64,000 nucleotides of DNA from Magallana gigas (Eukaryota), in assembly GCF_963853765.1 (NCBI RefSeq), contig NC_088855.1:47616001-47680000 (forward strand). The letters are read 5' to 3'. The position numbers were made by a program, and so were the translations under genes. Of this stretch, positions 26,136-39,768 are shown one piece after another. The notes under the pieces are model-generated. The model was given only the letters and a program-made list of their open reading frames with translations. It was not told where the DNA came from and did no database searches. Position 1 is the stretch's first letter; each line of letters starts with the position of its first letter.

Positions 26136-27978
26136 CGTTCTCTCAGGTTCCTCGTCACATCGAGTAGGAATTTAACCTCGCTTTCAGTATAGAAGGTGTC
26201 GGTGCAATTACTTCAAGAATTTCACGGCAGAGCTACAATGGAATAAGGTGTAAAATTGTCCAATTTTCACACTACGGACACTGCACTTCCCAGTAGCCGC
26301 CAAATTGCACGTGGCTTGTATTATTTGACGCTAATATAATAATGAGATTTTTGATCGGAAGCGTCTGGATAGCACATGGAATTCTGGTTATCGGGCGGCT
26401 TTAAAAACAAATTCATCAAGACGGCTAATGATAATTGAATAGCAATGTATTCCAAAGGTAAACTGTTTACCTAGGCAAACACTGCGAGTCCGACACGCGT
26501 GCGAACCATACTGCTTACTATGGGAGAATCTGGTATTTAAATTTAGAATCAAAATTGATTTTGATTTTATAAGGAGGTTATCTCTTCCGAGGACACAGAG
26601 ATTAAGTTTTAGATTATTCTTTGTTTAGATCACGACCGCTAGGGGTCATCTTGTTCGGACGACTCAAGTAAACTAATTTTTTTTTTACGTGTGCTTAAAT
26701 CTCGGCGTCTGGGTTGTCCAGTGTCAAAATTAAGTTGATTGGATCTTCAATTCAAAGTTAATTTCAGACATCATAAAACCAATTCTGTTTAATATTAGTT
26801 TTTAAAATAGTCTACGATGTTTAAAAGTAGCATGTGTAACTTTATTTTACACTGTCAGTAATGAGATCTCGACCTTTCTGTCGATAGCGATATCGTACTT
26901 ACTCGTCCTTTCTGTTGATGACAGCAAGAGTAACTTTAGTTTCGTACCGACAAATAACGATAAAACCATATCATGATGTGACCGGAATTAATTATGGAAT
27001 TTTTTTTGGACCACCCAGCCCCTGAGTCCTTATAACATTACATGTAACAGCTTTTAAAAAGTGATTATTTATTTCAGATATAACATGTATTATATGTGTA
27101 ATAAGTAACAATTGGCATCAATGTAGCAGTAGTGATCACATTTGTAAACTTAAGGTACATTTATTTGCCAGCAGAAACATGGTGCGTCACAGGCTAACTA
27201 GTGTTCTAGTAAAAAAAAATATGCTAAGACTTTATTGAAAATGTTAAATACTTACTATTTAAACAAAATACACTCGTTGATTGTTCATTTGAGTGTAAAG
27301 GTAGCAATTATTGCAGAGTAAATATGTATATAACACTACTACCTTCCGAACGGTATGGTATATAATTCAACAATTAAAAATAACAATTGGAATATAGAAT
27401 TGGTACAGAAGTTTGTCATTTACTTCACCATAAATTTGATTAAAAACCATTTTTCAAAGAATCGTTTTAAAAAATCGCCAATTACTGAATATAAGAAGTT
27501 AAGATTAATACATTCAAAATTTCTTAGGCTTTTTTGGTGCATAACATTACAAAATGTTTCCAACCCTCTATTCCTGGGCATTTATGTTCACAGTATCCAA
27601 AGTAAGATTTCTGCTAGCATTTTGCAAAAAAAACATGGAGGTCATAGCTTTAAAAATTATTTCATTTCCTGAACAAGTAAAGCAAATGTATCTAATAACA
27701 TATTTAATCCGATTAATTCATGCAAATGGTCAGTCCTTTGTATTTAAATTACTTGATGATTATACATGTAGATATAGTTTAATCAATGAAATCTGTTTAT
27801 ACGGTCCGTACATTTATAGAGAACAAAATGTAAGCAATTCTTTAGTTTAATAAATAATAGGTTATAACCTCAAATATCACATTAAGAATCTAGGGTAGAT
27901 CTGATGGGTGATTCGTGACCAGCCAGCCTCCTTAAACTGCCATAATGTGATAAAATTTTCAGGACACATGCACGTATA

Positions 27979-30185
27979 TCAGTATCTAGAAATCAAACAC
28001 AATACAAGAAGTACAAAAGAGAACAGGGTGCACGTCAGTGGACATGCTGAAGAAATATGTGCAATTGGTCCGTTACAGAAGCTGGTCTGACACAGCTTTA
28101 CACAGATAAGGTAGCCCTGTAAGGTGTAGGCGCAGGTTGTTTGATTGTCTGGCTTCGTTAACTTAAGTTTACTGGAGTCTTCCGAGAAGGAGCGGCCATC
28201 CGAACAGTCTCTAATGTAAGAGTGGACCTCGCCTTGTTTAAAAAAAAAAGTATATACATTTGTACATGGCTATTGTTTATTCACTATAATGACAAGGTGA
28301 GCATGCAGTTAAAACCTTAATAATAACGTTTCATTTTCAAGCTTGTTTATTCGAAACTAACCCAGTTTTTTGTATTTGGTTGGATTGAAATTACATTAAT
28401 GCCAAACTGATCATAAAATAATTCTCAAAGGAAGGAAGTGCACTGCAGTATAATTATGTATTTTGCAATTTTCTTAAAAAGTTCATTTCTTGACAAAAAG
28501 AAGATATATACATATACAAGTACAAGAGTTTGTGCCCGTTTTATCTCCAGTATAGATTTAGAATAACAAATACCCTGTACAAAATCATTTTGATCAATAT
28601 AATTCTACGTAAAAATTACATATAAGTCAGAGTGTCCATCGGTTAAGATACATGTGTATTTAGAGTTATCGATATCATGATATCACAAGCTCTACAGAAT
28701 ATCGCGATTCTATATATATAGAGATTGATATGATTATCATGATCCAAAAAAAGAAAAAAAAAGAAACTGCTACCGGCACCGCACAAAATTTACAGACCAA
28801 ATCATCACTAAATGGTTATCTTAACAAGCCATTTTCTTAACTCTACTCTCCGTCTACTGGGAGCGAAATGATAATATTAAAACTCTTCAGCTTGCAGATT
28901 TTTGTTTGATAAAGATTATATATAGTCAATTTGTAATACATTCAATTTTATTAATATTTCTTATTCGGCATAGAAAACACAAAAGAGAAAGGAAAGGAAA
29001 AAACCACTTAATTTTGGTAAAATAACACCGAAAAAGTTACTGTAAATAAAACTCGTCATTTCCAAATTCAGCGTCAGTCTGATTTTCATTTTACACATTA
29101 TATCATGGTACATACAATAACTAAAAGAGTATTGATTTGCAACATAGCGTCTTACCTCTATTTTCAATTGTTTCGATTACGCAGTAAGTATAGTTGTCAT
29201 AACTACATCGCTTTACATAATTTGTTCCGGATTGGACATTCTGTTGATCTGTTGTTTTCCCCAGGTGGGCCTGGGCCTCCTGTAGCATGCCCTTGCTGTT
29301 ACTTTGACAGTCCCCACCTCGCTGTGTGTCAGTGCACCCATAGCACACCAAGTCCTTGGCTAACAGTACCCAAAAAAAACAATGATTTGCATTTATCGAT
29401 GGATAGATGGGCAAAACATTTATGGTAAGACGCCATTGTTATGACGTAATTTGTCGTTCTGAAATGCTTGCATTAACTGCTCAAACGACACTGACATTAG
29501 ATACTTGTACACCATTTTTCCATGTATAAATGATGAATTGAATTCCTTGAAATTTTCTATATTTAGAATACGTCTCATGAATAATACACTGAAGAAAAAA
29601 AAATAACCAGAATGAAATTTAATATGTACAATATTCTGATAAACTTAATCATGAAACAAACTAAAATATTTTGAATGACAAAATGTTTTTATTTTTTTTT
29701 AGGAAACTCTTCTATCGCACCTGTCGTGGTCGTGGGTGGTTCCACTGTACTTGTGGTTGCCGTCGTAGACGGGCTAGTGGCTGGGCTTGTTTGTTCTGTC
29801 GTGGACGGGCTAGTGGCTGGGTTTGTTTGTTCTGTACTAGAGGTTGTTGTGGACCCTGCAATATCAACACCAATATTAGCATATATGCACACATAATATA
29901 AAACCTGCTATAATAACTGAAAAATTACTCGTTTCCACTTCTACTTCCGGTTTAAATTGAAACTTCTTTTTTTTTTTAATTTTATCTTGTAGCTCTCTGA
30001 ACAAAGTTTAATTGAAGTCTTCATAGACTAGTTATATACAAACGTGGGTTTGTTTGATGTTTTTGATGGTAAACAGAGCCCATTCTCAATATAAATACTA
30101 CGTACTTACCCAAAGTTTCAGACAGTAAAAGTCCACAATACACAAGAAATAGTCGTTGAAAAAGCGTCAAACGAAAAAATGTCAT
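27979..30185 (-). CDS. Ly6/uPAR three-finger (Quiver/Sleepless-like) GPI-anchored protein, paralog 1, with N-terminal mucin-like exon
   Basis: Exons 30185-30110 (signal peptide), 29855-29721 (S/T/P-rich), 29359-29156 (VCYGC..GGDC...KRC...TYCVIE), 28232-27979 (YIRDCSDG...DNQTTC...ICVKLCQTSFCNGP + hydrophobic tail). All introns phase 1; 10 Cys ending in the CN motif. Confidence 0.8.
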
Positions 30186-32821
30186 TTTTACAATCTTTAA
30201 AGCGATTATGAATTTCTCAATGCAATTAATGGCACCGAAATCTGGGTTAACGTGAAAATATCAGATTACTTCCTCTTATGATCCAACATGACAGAGCCAT
30301 TCACCCATGATTACATTCAGTTTAAAAAACGTACTTCATACATGGCTGGACTCCAATCATCGAACAGTGCAGAAACATGACTGAAATATGTGTTCGGCAT
30401 TTAAATATTTAAACAACAGTAAAGCACTCGAATCAAAATGCTTTTCTCATTGACGAATTTCATGGTATCTTTTCTGTTGTTGTACATTTTTTGAGAACCT
30501 TTGTGTTATGTTAGTTTACGTTGGATTTTTTTATTCAAGCTTTACATTTGTTTTATGAAAATAAATGCAATTCAAACAACTGCGAACGCCGACGCCCCTT
30601 TCCCGTTTTCATTTTACATCCAAATATTTTGGAATTTCTGTCAGACATTCAAAAGCAAAGTTATTTACTTAAAAGTATATATTTTTTTATTGAAATCGGT
30701 CTCTATGAGTGAGGAAAATACTATTAATCGGCCGATATGTGCATGAAAACTTAAAAATCACAAGTTCACGTTAAATATTGAAGTAAATTTTCATTTTAAT
30801 TTATATTATTTAATTATTTATTGAAACGTTACGAAGCAATAATGTATTTGGTCTGTTGACACATCCCCCCCCCCCCCCCCTGTGAAACAACAAATCCTTT
30901 GGTATGAATATGCTAAAGAACAATATATATTATAACCCCCCCCCACACACACACACACACAAAGGAATTTTTGTTTCACGGGACGGGGGGGGGGGGGGGG
31001 GGGGGGGGGAGGGGTAGAGATTTTTTTTTTTAAATTCCTTTATCCGTTAGTTTCTATTATGAAATGACTTATTTTAACCCAAAATACAAAGTTATCTCTC
31101 TTTGTCTGACCAAATCATTTTTAAAAAAAATATTCATAAATGTTTCCATTATTTGAAAAAAAAAATTAAATTCAATCAGACAATTATCAAAAAAGGACTT
31201 TTAGTTAGACGGCTAAACAATGCTTCAGTCCGCAGTTTTTCTCTATTTTCCCCCTTAATTAGAGTGGAGCTAAAATGATAGAATGCGACTTTCCTTTTTT
31301 AAATGACTACGTGATATATTATACAATACCCCATGTCATCTAGAGAATGAACAATATGCATTCTAATTCCACTTTCTTAAGTCTCCCAAGTATTTTATAA
31401 TCTTATTTATCCAATCATGAATGCTGACTGTAATTAAGATTACATAACCCACTGCAGTCGCTAAATATTCTGCAAATCTTTAAGAATTTCTCCAAGCATA
31501 ATTTTCAATTATACAAACCAACAGAGAGGTACCGTTAATTTATTTGGCGCAGAAATTTTGATCAATGTGTTTTAAGTAAGTTAAATTAATCATATAAGGT
31601 AAAATCGCTTCGCTCAATCCGGTTCATTCTTAATCGCAAATATTTTACTAAACATGATCAAACTCTAACTTGTTGAATGCTTTTTCTTAAATTTTCTTTT
31701 TTCGTACCCGATGCTATTTTTAAGTCGAATTTATGTCACATTATAACATCCTGAATACATTTTTTCTGACAAGAAATCCCTTTCTTTACTTATCCGTGTT
31801 CTCGATCCTTTGTTTATTTTTCTGCGATGTCTAAGTAAGAGGCATAATTTCTTTTGTAATTTTAGAGGGGGGGGGGGGGGGGGGGGGGGGGTTAGTTTCA
31901 GCAATCGTAACTTGGACAAAGGACCTTCCATATTGAGACTTTTGTCTCATGACTCCATTTTATTTCTTCAATTTAACTGAATTTCGTGGATCGACTCAAA
32001 AAATTGAAAATAGCATGAATGCAAACAAAGAAAAAAAAAGAAGTTCCTCTTCACACACGATATTGAAACGTCCTCGATTGCAAAGAAGGAAGTAAAAGGT
32101 TAACCTTGTTCGACCTTCAAGGTTATCACTTATTCTGCATGTTCCTCTTTCAACAAGAAATTTAAATTAATTCTTATACATGCAATTAACATTGTTCTCA
32201 ATCTAGTTCTAAATCTAGTAATGATTATGCATTGTTATTGATATTGTTTTTATTTTTTAAATGCCAGACGTGTATTCATTGGAGGAGGCAAATTATTACA
32301 AAAGCAAAAACTGATTCTTCATAACACAAAAGTTTAAATTTCAAACGTCTATTTATCGGTAGAGACTGCATTTAGGATTAGCAAATGTTCAAATAATACA
32401 GAAAAGATTTGGGAAATTCCCTTTTTCGATCAGTCAATTGTATTGGTCGTATGTTAATCAAATATTGAAATTGGTTTTTACACTGGATAATTCGAGCCGA
32501 TTTAATCACGGAATCGTCAATTGTTGTAGCATTTAAAAGAATATTCTCTCCACTTCAGCAGAGTAAGTTTAAACTCTATTCGGTAAGCATGTTAAAATGT
32601 GTAATGTTGTAATGTTTCTTTAAAGTTAAGACAAATAATTTTGATAATTTTAGAAAATTTCACTCATTGGAGTGAACTGTTATATCCAAACAAATTGAAA
32701 GTGTCCCCTGAGTTTATACCATACCGTAATTTTCATGTTTGTATTAAGTTTTTTCAGCCTTTCTCTATCTAAACCAATACTGCTATTTATTTTACAGGCA
32801 TATCTTCTTCATTGACCTCAA

Positions 32822-35131
32822 ATGGCGAGTTTGTATTTTTGGATTCTTATCCTACTGGTTTGTTTTGATACACTGCATTGCCAATACTTTAAATGGACCC
32901 CTTCTGTGAATGGGACACGTAATGCATATTGTGCTGAACACTGCAGAGACTGTAGCGTGACTCCGTGTCAGGTTGACGAGGAATGCTGTGTCTGCGGTGT
33001 AAAGTCGCCATGGGAGATAGGACTGGAAAGCACACTTCTACTGCACGTTGAATACAGAAATGCATTTGGGGACAATACACTAATAAAGCCACGTAAGCCT
33101 TTCTCCGACTCTGTGCTTCAATTGATACATACGAATGGTCGCATGAGAACATTTCCAAACAACTTGTGCAATTTTGAAAAGATCGTACACATTAATTTGC
33201 AGTCTAACTCTATTGGGAAAATTCCAAATTTGGGTTGCATACCTTATTTAGAGGTTCTCATCCTTAGCAAAAATCAGCTTATGGAGATACGAAACACTAC
33301 TTTCGTAGACAATATATTTTTAAGGAAGGTTGATCTTTCATTCAACCCAATTCGTGTACTTGATCCAAATGCATTCCGAAGGTATGATGGTTCCTCACCA
33401 TTTTCTATGCAGTTGTCCCATATTGACATCCGAGATCTAGATGTGACAAATATTTTTCTTGAAGGTCGAATGTTCTGTGACATTGATCTCTCTCATTCAT
33501 CAGTTCAAAATTTTGTAAATTTAAATAACTTTACAGTTGCACCCGATGCATTATATGGGGACTTTGGTTCAGTGAACTTGGAGAATAGCATGGTTAAACA
33601 GCTTCCGAACTTTACTTCAATTGGAATTTCATCTACACAAGAATTCTACGAAAAAATTCACTTTAAGGTTTTAGTTCTCAATCTTAGTTTAACATGTGAT
33701 TGTATTTTCGTAAAATACCTTTTGAAGGACTTGACAGCCATAAAAAAATTCTTCTCTGGTACAGACGAGGGAACCATGATATGTTCGGAACCAGAATCTT
33801 TGCGTAACTACACCCTTAAGGACATCTATGATAATCATTTGGATGACATGACTTGTGATGTTGCCAGCAACTGTCCTCCCAAATGTCATTGTTATGAGCA
33901 ACCCAGTAAATACCATACTGTAATTAATTGCACTGAAAGCCACATTACACATTTTCCCGAGACTCTACCTTGGGCAAATAAGTATTCTATTATTTTTGGA
34001 GAGAATAAGATATCTTCTCTAGAAAAGAAAAGTTACATGGAAAAAGTTTCTTACATGCAGGTATCAGGAATCATGCACATGGACGGCCAGGCCATCAGTT
34101 CTTTACCGAACAATGTCGTTTTAGATTTACAAGATCACAACCTTCAGAGTTTACCGTCCGAACTGTTTTCCAAAGATCCATTGAAAATCAATCTAGGTCG
34201 GGTTCTTGTAGAATGTGTTTGTTCCTCTAAATGGCTATATTTATGGACACACTTTCAGAATACAAACTCTACTACAAAATACATATGTTCAAACTTCAAC
34301 AAGAATTTAGAATTGTTAACAACAGATGACTTTGGATGCAAAGAACCAATAGATCAAACCCTATTCATTGTCATGATTGCAATTTGTGTGCTAGCTGTTT
34401 TGTTAATACTTTTAACACTTACTTATTGTTGTTTCTATCCCGAGATGCTTATTCTGACAAGAAAATTCTTCACAAAGACGCGTCCAAATAGAAAGAAATG
34501 TGATTTCGACGTCTATATTTCCTTGGACGAAGAGGACAGGATACAAAGAGAATGGGTAATTACGTCCCTACTGCCTTATCTAGAATCAGAAGGGTACAAA
34601 GTTTACTTGCCAATGCGCGATTTATTACCGGGTGACAATATACTCTCCGAGAGAGCAAATGCCATTAAACAGAGTATTGCTTACATCGTGATTTTGACGG
34701 AGAAAGACTCCATGGAAAATTTCCAAGACGTAGATGGAAATGAAACGACGACTGTCTCTGTGATCAGGGAATTTGAAATCATGTGGAAATTGTTTGAAAA
34801 GGACCGATACCGAAATGTGATATTTCTTGACTTGGAAAACATTCGTAAAAAATTTGCAAAGCATAGAATTGTTAAAGCATTCACCAGAGTCAGGCATTTC
34901 GTGAAAGTCTCTTCCAGAAAAAAGAATATTCTTCGAGAAGTGCGTAGTCGACTTCATGACCCGTTTGACAACACGGTCTGCTACAATGAAAAAGTCTACG
35001 ACTTTAACAGGAACACAAAGTTCAAAAGAAACGTTCTACAACTTGAACAACTTGAGTTACCCGATGAAATATTTACTATCAAAAAAAATATTTCTGATTT
35101 CAATAAAAAGACAAGTTTTTATGGAAAATAA
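32822..35131 (+). CDS. Toll-like receptor (LRR ectodomain, LRRCT/LRRNT Cys clusters, TM helix, TIR domain), intronless CDS
   Basis: 769-aa ORF: signal peptide; LRRs (INLQSNSI, LILSKNQL, VDLSFNPI); CDC...C / CPPKCHC clusters; TM TLFIVMIAICVLAVLLILLTLTYCCF; TIR box1 FDVYIS and BB-loop RDLLPG. Confidence 0.93.
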   Translation: MASLYFWILILLVCFDTLHCQYFKWTPSVNGTRNAYCAEHCRDCSVTPCQVDEECCVCGVKSPWEIGLESTLLLHVEYRNAFGDNTLIKPRKPFSDSVLQLIHTNGRMRTFPNNLCNFEKIVHINLQSNSIGKIPNLGCIPYLEVLILSKNQLMEIRNTTFVDNIFLRKVDLSFNPIRVLDPNAFRRYDGSSPFSMQLSHIDIRDLDVTNIFLEGRMFCDIDLSHSSVQNFVNLNNFTVAPDALYGDFGSVNLENSMVKQLPNFTSIGISSTQEFYEKIHFKVLVLNLSLTCDCIFVKYLLKDLTAIKKFFSGTDEGTMICSEPESLRNYTLKDIYDNHLDDMTCDVASNCPPKCHCYEQPSKYHTVINCTESHITHFPETLPWANKYSIIFGENKISSLEKKSYMEKVSYMQVSGIMHMDGQAISSLPNNVVLDLQDHNLQSLPSELFSKDPLKINLGRVLVECVCSSKWLYLWTHFQNTNSTTKYICSNFNKNLELLTTDDFGCKEPIDQTLFIVMIAICVLAVLLILLTLTYCCFYPEMLILTRKFFTKTRPNRKKCDFDVYISLDEEDRIQREWVITSLLPYLESEGYKVYLPMRDLLPGDNILSERANAIKQSIAYIVILTEKDSMENFQDVDGNETTTVSVIREFEIMWKLFEKDRYRNVIFLDLENIRKKFAKHRIVKAFTRVRHFVKVSSRKKNILREVRSRLHDPFDNTVCYNEKVYDFNRNTKFKRNVLQLEQLELPDEIFTIKKNISDFNKKTSFYGK

Positions 35132-36929
35132 CTTTTTAAAAAGTGTCCCCTTTTGTTGCCTTTGTTCTATTATTTTTACTTTAGCCGACTATCTACGTTT
35201 ATTGTGTATTTTTGTACTTTTGCTATTTTTTAAGCTAGATGGTTTGTGACGAAGAATGTTTAACGTTAATTTTGTGATTGTCTTTTTTCATCATTCATCT
35301 ATGTTCTGTTTTTTATTTTGTAAATCACCTCTTTTGTGATAGATTCATATTTTCTTACTGAGAAATTTATACTTATGTATTATTTTGTTTTGTTGTGGTT
35401 TTTGTTTTTGATTTTGTACTTTACAACAATGCATTGTCTTATTCAAATTTTGATGCCCAATGTTCTGAAATTTTGTAAAGGACAATATGCTATAGCGATT
35501 TAACAGTAAATAATATGGGTTAATTAATATTTTTTTAAAAAATAGCTTGTAGTTTGACAAGTATCATTGTTTGGTGTTTTCTTTCAAACATGTATATCAT
35601 TTTTTACTTTTTAATTAGTGGAATTTTTGTAAAGAATTAGCCACTGACTTATATACAGCTGTAAATTGTATTGTAATAAATGGCATTTCTTTGACCTCAT
35701 TAAGTTTTTCATCGGGCCAATTTTAAGTTGGACAGATTTGAACAAAAATTCTTGATAGAGAAAATAAAATTTTGCATTTATGTGCCACGGATGCACAATT
35801 ATATTACATGACACTGTTTTCAGCAGGGTGTGAACGAGTTGTCTTTTTTGGCATTCCAATGCTACAATAATGTCATATTTCTTTATAGGTCTTTTGAATG
35901 ATTATCAGAATGAATGAAAGTTGCAATTCCTTCTTTTACTTATTATTATCAAGCACAAAAAATTATATAACTAGAATATTGTATGATTTTTGGTACTGAT
36001 GATGCCCCAAATCTAATTTGTTATCAAATGATATGAAAAAAAAGAGAACCAACGTTTTATTCAAATGTTTTGTGCAACGTATTACAAGTAGATATTTCAA
36101 GAAAATCATGTGGATAAAGCATTTTGATTTTCTTCAATAATCTGATAAATGCAAAAATTATTGAAGAATAGTTCTGGGATTTTTAATACGTATACACGTA
36201 TCTCCAAGATGTTGTGATACAACTCGGACATCGTTGTCGTTGGCTTAGGGGGAACAACGTTTCCCGTGAAACCGAGCTGCCCACAGTCATTGATTGTCTG
36301 ACAAGGCTTTTCCTCCTGAAGATTTGTGCTTTGAGTTCACGTCAACCCAAACTTTTCTTCTCAGAGATTGTCTCTATAGCTAGAGGAAAATTCCGGAAAC
36401 CTCTCGACGATAGAAATCTGACGCCAAACAGAGGACAGTCAATAATTTTTTATAAATTGGGCAGAACCTACATAAGAATAGACGTGAAATTCCCTCATTA
36501 CTTTCAAGACGAAATCCAATTCAACGAGGCTAGAACGATCCTCTCCCTGATGTCAATAAGCAAGAAAGTCAACAGTCGCTGCTCCGAGTAGACAATAAAC
36601 AATTATTCGAAAAGATACTTCTATATATGTGTACACCAAACATAGCAACGTGTTGGCGTACTTTTTAATTTTACCGTAATGTTCAATAAATAATAAAATA
36701 AGTCACAACTACAATGAAAACACATTATTATAGGTATTACGTATTTTGTTTTACTTACTGATTATTACGTTAGATTAATAGATAGGTTGATATAAATAAT
36801 AAAATGATTATACTGTGCTAAATTGCAGAATTTAAAAAAAATGCAAAATTTTCAGCGGTATTCAATAAATCTACATAAACTGTTCAAAATTCTTGATACA
36901 CATTATGTAGAAATTAAAATTTTGAACAT

Positions 36930-37180
36930 GCACTTATGCATAAACGGAAATATACAAAACATACTTTTTGCGGACATTTCTAATGGGCGGACAAAAGGGT
37001 AACAATATTTTCAATAAAAGGGCGGATATTTTGTGGCACCGGACATAACGTGGCAATAATCTTGAAATAAAGGCAGACATCTCGTGTCGGCGGACATAAC
37101 ATGACAATTTTTTTTGAAAAAAAGGCTGACATTTCGTGACGGTGGACATGATGTGACGGCGGACAAAACGTGACTCAAAA
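36930..37180. repeat. Array of degenerate ~25-35-bp subrepeats with a GCGGACA(T/A)AACGTGA-like core
   Basis: About 8 recurrences of G(C/T)GGACA / GCAGACA / CTGACA; absent from the paralogous segment at ~44.6 kb. Confidence 0.6.
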
Positions 37181-37239
37181 ATCTTCATAAGGCAGTTGAG
37201 TTGTTCTAAGAAAATTTTTGCAAAATTTCTGCAAATATA

Positions 37240-39608
37240 CGAGGGCTGTCGTGGACAATCTCGTTTTTGTCATTTTAAACGGGTTTATATATGCATATTG
37301 TATACCAACATATTTGTCATAAAATTCCAAATCAGATTAAAGTAGTTTTGAATGTTTTCATTAAAATTAAACTTAAATTTCACTGTATTAAAGTGTCGCG
37401 AAAAGCACGAACGGCCCATTGTCAAAATTGTCCAAACTTCGAGATTGAGTTTTCAGATAAGAATATTAACAGTATTTTTAATACGGGTAAAAACGTCAAA
37501 ATATTCAACTGTGACGTAGTCAGAATTGTGAACGTCATTTTCATACGTCATTTAAAGCCGTTTTTAATTGAGCAGAGGATATTTCAAGGAGTTTACGGCA
37601 AGAACATGTCTTTGAAAACGCCAGAAAAAGCGACGTCGGCGGATCGCATGGAACAGCGCGCCATCATTAAATTCTGGGTAGACTCGGGGAAAACACCTAT
37701 CGAAACGAAACAAATGATGGAGAACACAAAAAGGCATCGACACATATCAAGATCACTAGTCTTCAAGTGGCACAAACGATTTTCGGATGGAGTTTGCGAT
37801 TTAAAAGACGCTGAAAGAAGTGGAAGGCCTTTGCTTTGTGACGATAAAACGAAATCCCGCATTCATGACATTGTCATGAAGGACAGACGTCTGACGTTAA
37901 GAGAAGTCGCGTCAATAAGTGATGTTAGCAAATCTTCGGTTTTTAATATCCTCACTGAAGACTTCTGTATGAGTCGTGTTTGCGCAAGATGGGTGCCCAG
38001 ACTTTTATCCGATGAGCACAAAAAAGACGAATGCAGACAAGTAAGGCTTTCATACAGAATTTCAAAAGAGGAGGAGAGAAGTGGCTTGACAGAATCATTA
38101 CTACGGACGAGACTTGGCTGCATCATTTTGATCCAGAAACAAAAACAGAATCCAGCATTTGGAAACACCGGGGTTCACCAGCACCGAAAAAGGCGAAGGT
38201 TGCGAAATCCGTGGGTAAACTTTGCTGATCGGCACGGAATGATTTTGGTCCACGCTGTACCCTCCGGTCAGACGGTGAATGCTGCATACTACTCCAAGGT
38301 AGAGAACTACCCATTTCATCACATTTAAATTGTAATTACAGATTTAAAAACGTCCATTTCGCTACATTTAGCATATCGTAATTCATAACTTTAATACCCG
38401 GACATTCTAATCTTAATTTTGATTTATTTAATTACTATATATTAATAAACCCACATGTTCTAAAGCCACATACAGTGTACCAAACGAAACATTGGTTTTA
38501 TTTATTACAGGTGTTACGCCGCGACTTAGTTAAGGCAATTAAGAAAAAACGCCCTGCCATGGCTGTGGACCTTGGAAATATCATCCTACACCAAGATAAT
38601 GCACCTGCACACACGGCAGCTTCCACGTGTCTGGAAATCGAACTCCTAGGATTCAATCTTCTTGAACACCCGCCATACAGTCCGGATCTTGCTCCGATGG
38701 ATTTTGCAATTTTTCCTTTCATCAAATCACAGCTATAGTCTGTCCCAAGATATTTTTGCCGCATATTTTCTTAAATTATTCAAAATTTATAAATACCTCT
38801 TGGTTCAGACGATGTTCATTCAATAGTATGAAAAAATCCCAAGATTTCCCCTTTGAAACGCCCCCTCTAGCTTGTCGGGTATCAGTACACGGCTAAAAAT
38901 AAAAAGTCTACGAGGTTTTTCCATTGCCAAGGAGATGAAGACGCCCGGATGATAACGTTGAAAAATTGCGCGAGGGGTCCCGAGTATTTCCGAATGGAGA
39001 AAAGATGTCAACATTCCCCATTATAAATCTCCGTAGGAAATCTGTTTTCGTTCCTGTGAATTTTTACGAGGGAAAAATGATAATGTGTGAATGAAGTTAT
39101 CTTGGGAATTTTCCCTTCCATCGATTTTAATTGCACTTCAGTCACAGGTATGTGTATTTTTATTAAAAATCGTTCAAATATGCAGCAAAAATAACTTGGG
39201 ACAGACTATAAGAGGAGTAAGATTTGAGAATTCTGATGAACTTAAATATGCTACTCGAACTATTGTATCTAAAATCGACAGTAAATGGTATTCGGATGTG
39301 TTCGATTCATGGCTAAGAAGGTGTGAGAAGTGTTTGCAGTGCAAAGGTGACTACGTTGAAAAGTAACAGAAACCAACGCGCTACGTACGACGTTATAAAA
39401 ACGTCGTGTAACCGTCAGACTGGGCCGTGCGGCCTGTACACGCAATGTTTTTGTAGTGATAACTACATTATGAGAATGTACATTGTTCTGAATTTTATAC
39501 ACATGCATATTTATAGTCTATATTAAAATATTTTAATACTTTTCTAAATATAGCGTCGTTATTTAGAATGAAATTACATGTGTCCACGAACTTTTTGGAC
39601 AACCCTCG
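37240..39608 (+). mobile_element. Mariner (DD34D) DNA transposon, inactivated, with intron-containing transposase
   Basis: TA TSD (37238-39, 39609-10); TIR CGAGGG(C/T)TGTC..GTGGACA; transposase 37607-39366 with WVPRLL, TTDETW, HQDNAPAH, YSPDLAPMD (34 residues between 2nd and 3rd Asp). Frameshifts near 38020 and 38220; GT-AG intron 38299-38510; MITE insertion 38736-39208. Confidence 0.93.
38736..39208. mobile_element. MITE family A, copy 2, nested in the mariner transposase
   Basis: TIR TAGTCTGTCCCAAG / CTTGGGACAGACTA with TA duplication; removal restores KSQL|RGVRFEN. Confidence 0.92.
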
Positions 39609-39768
39609 TATATACATGTACTATTTACAAAGTCTGTTTGATTTAAACATCCATAAATTGCTTTTCTTTAAAAATTCGGTTGTTTAACATGCATTTGATT
39701 ATAAGTTTCTGGCAGCTCTGAGGTTTTATTAAATCGAAAATAAGATACCAGTAAGTTATAAATCGTAT

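Noticed and set aside
36214-36591. 125-aa ORF in a GC-richer block
   Set aside because: No domain motifs; absent from the paralogous segment, so likely part of an inserted repeat whose termini I could not define.
36930-37180. Regularly spaced repeats that superficially resemble a CRISPR array
   Set aside because: Eukaryotic context, degenerate units without unique fixed-length spacers, and no cas genes; a transposon subrepeat array.
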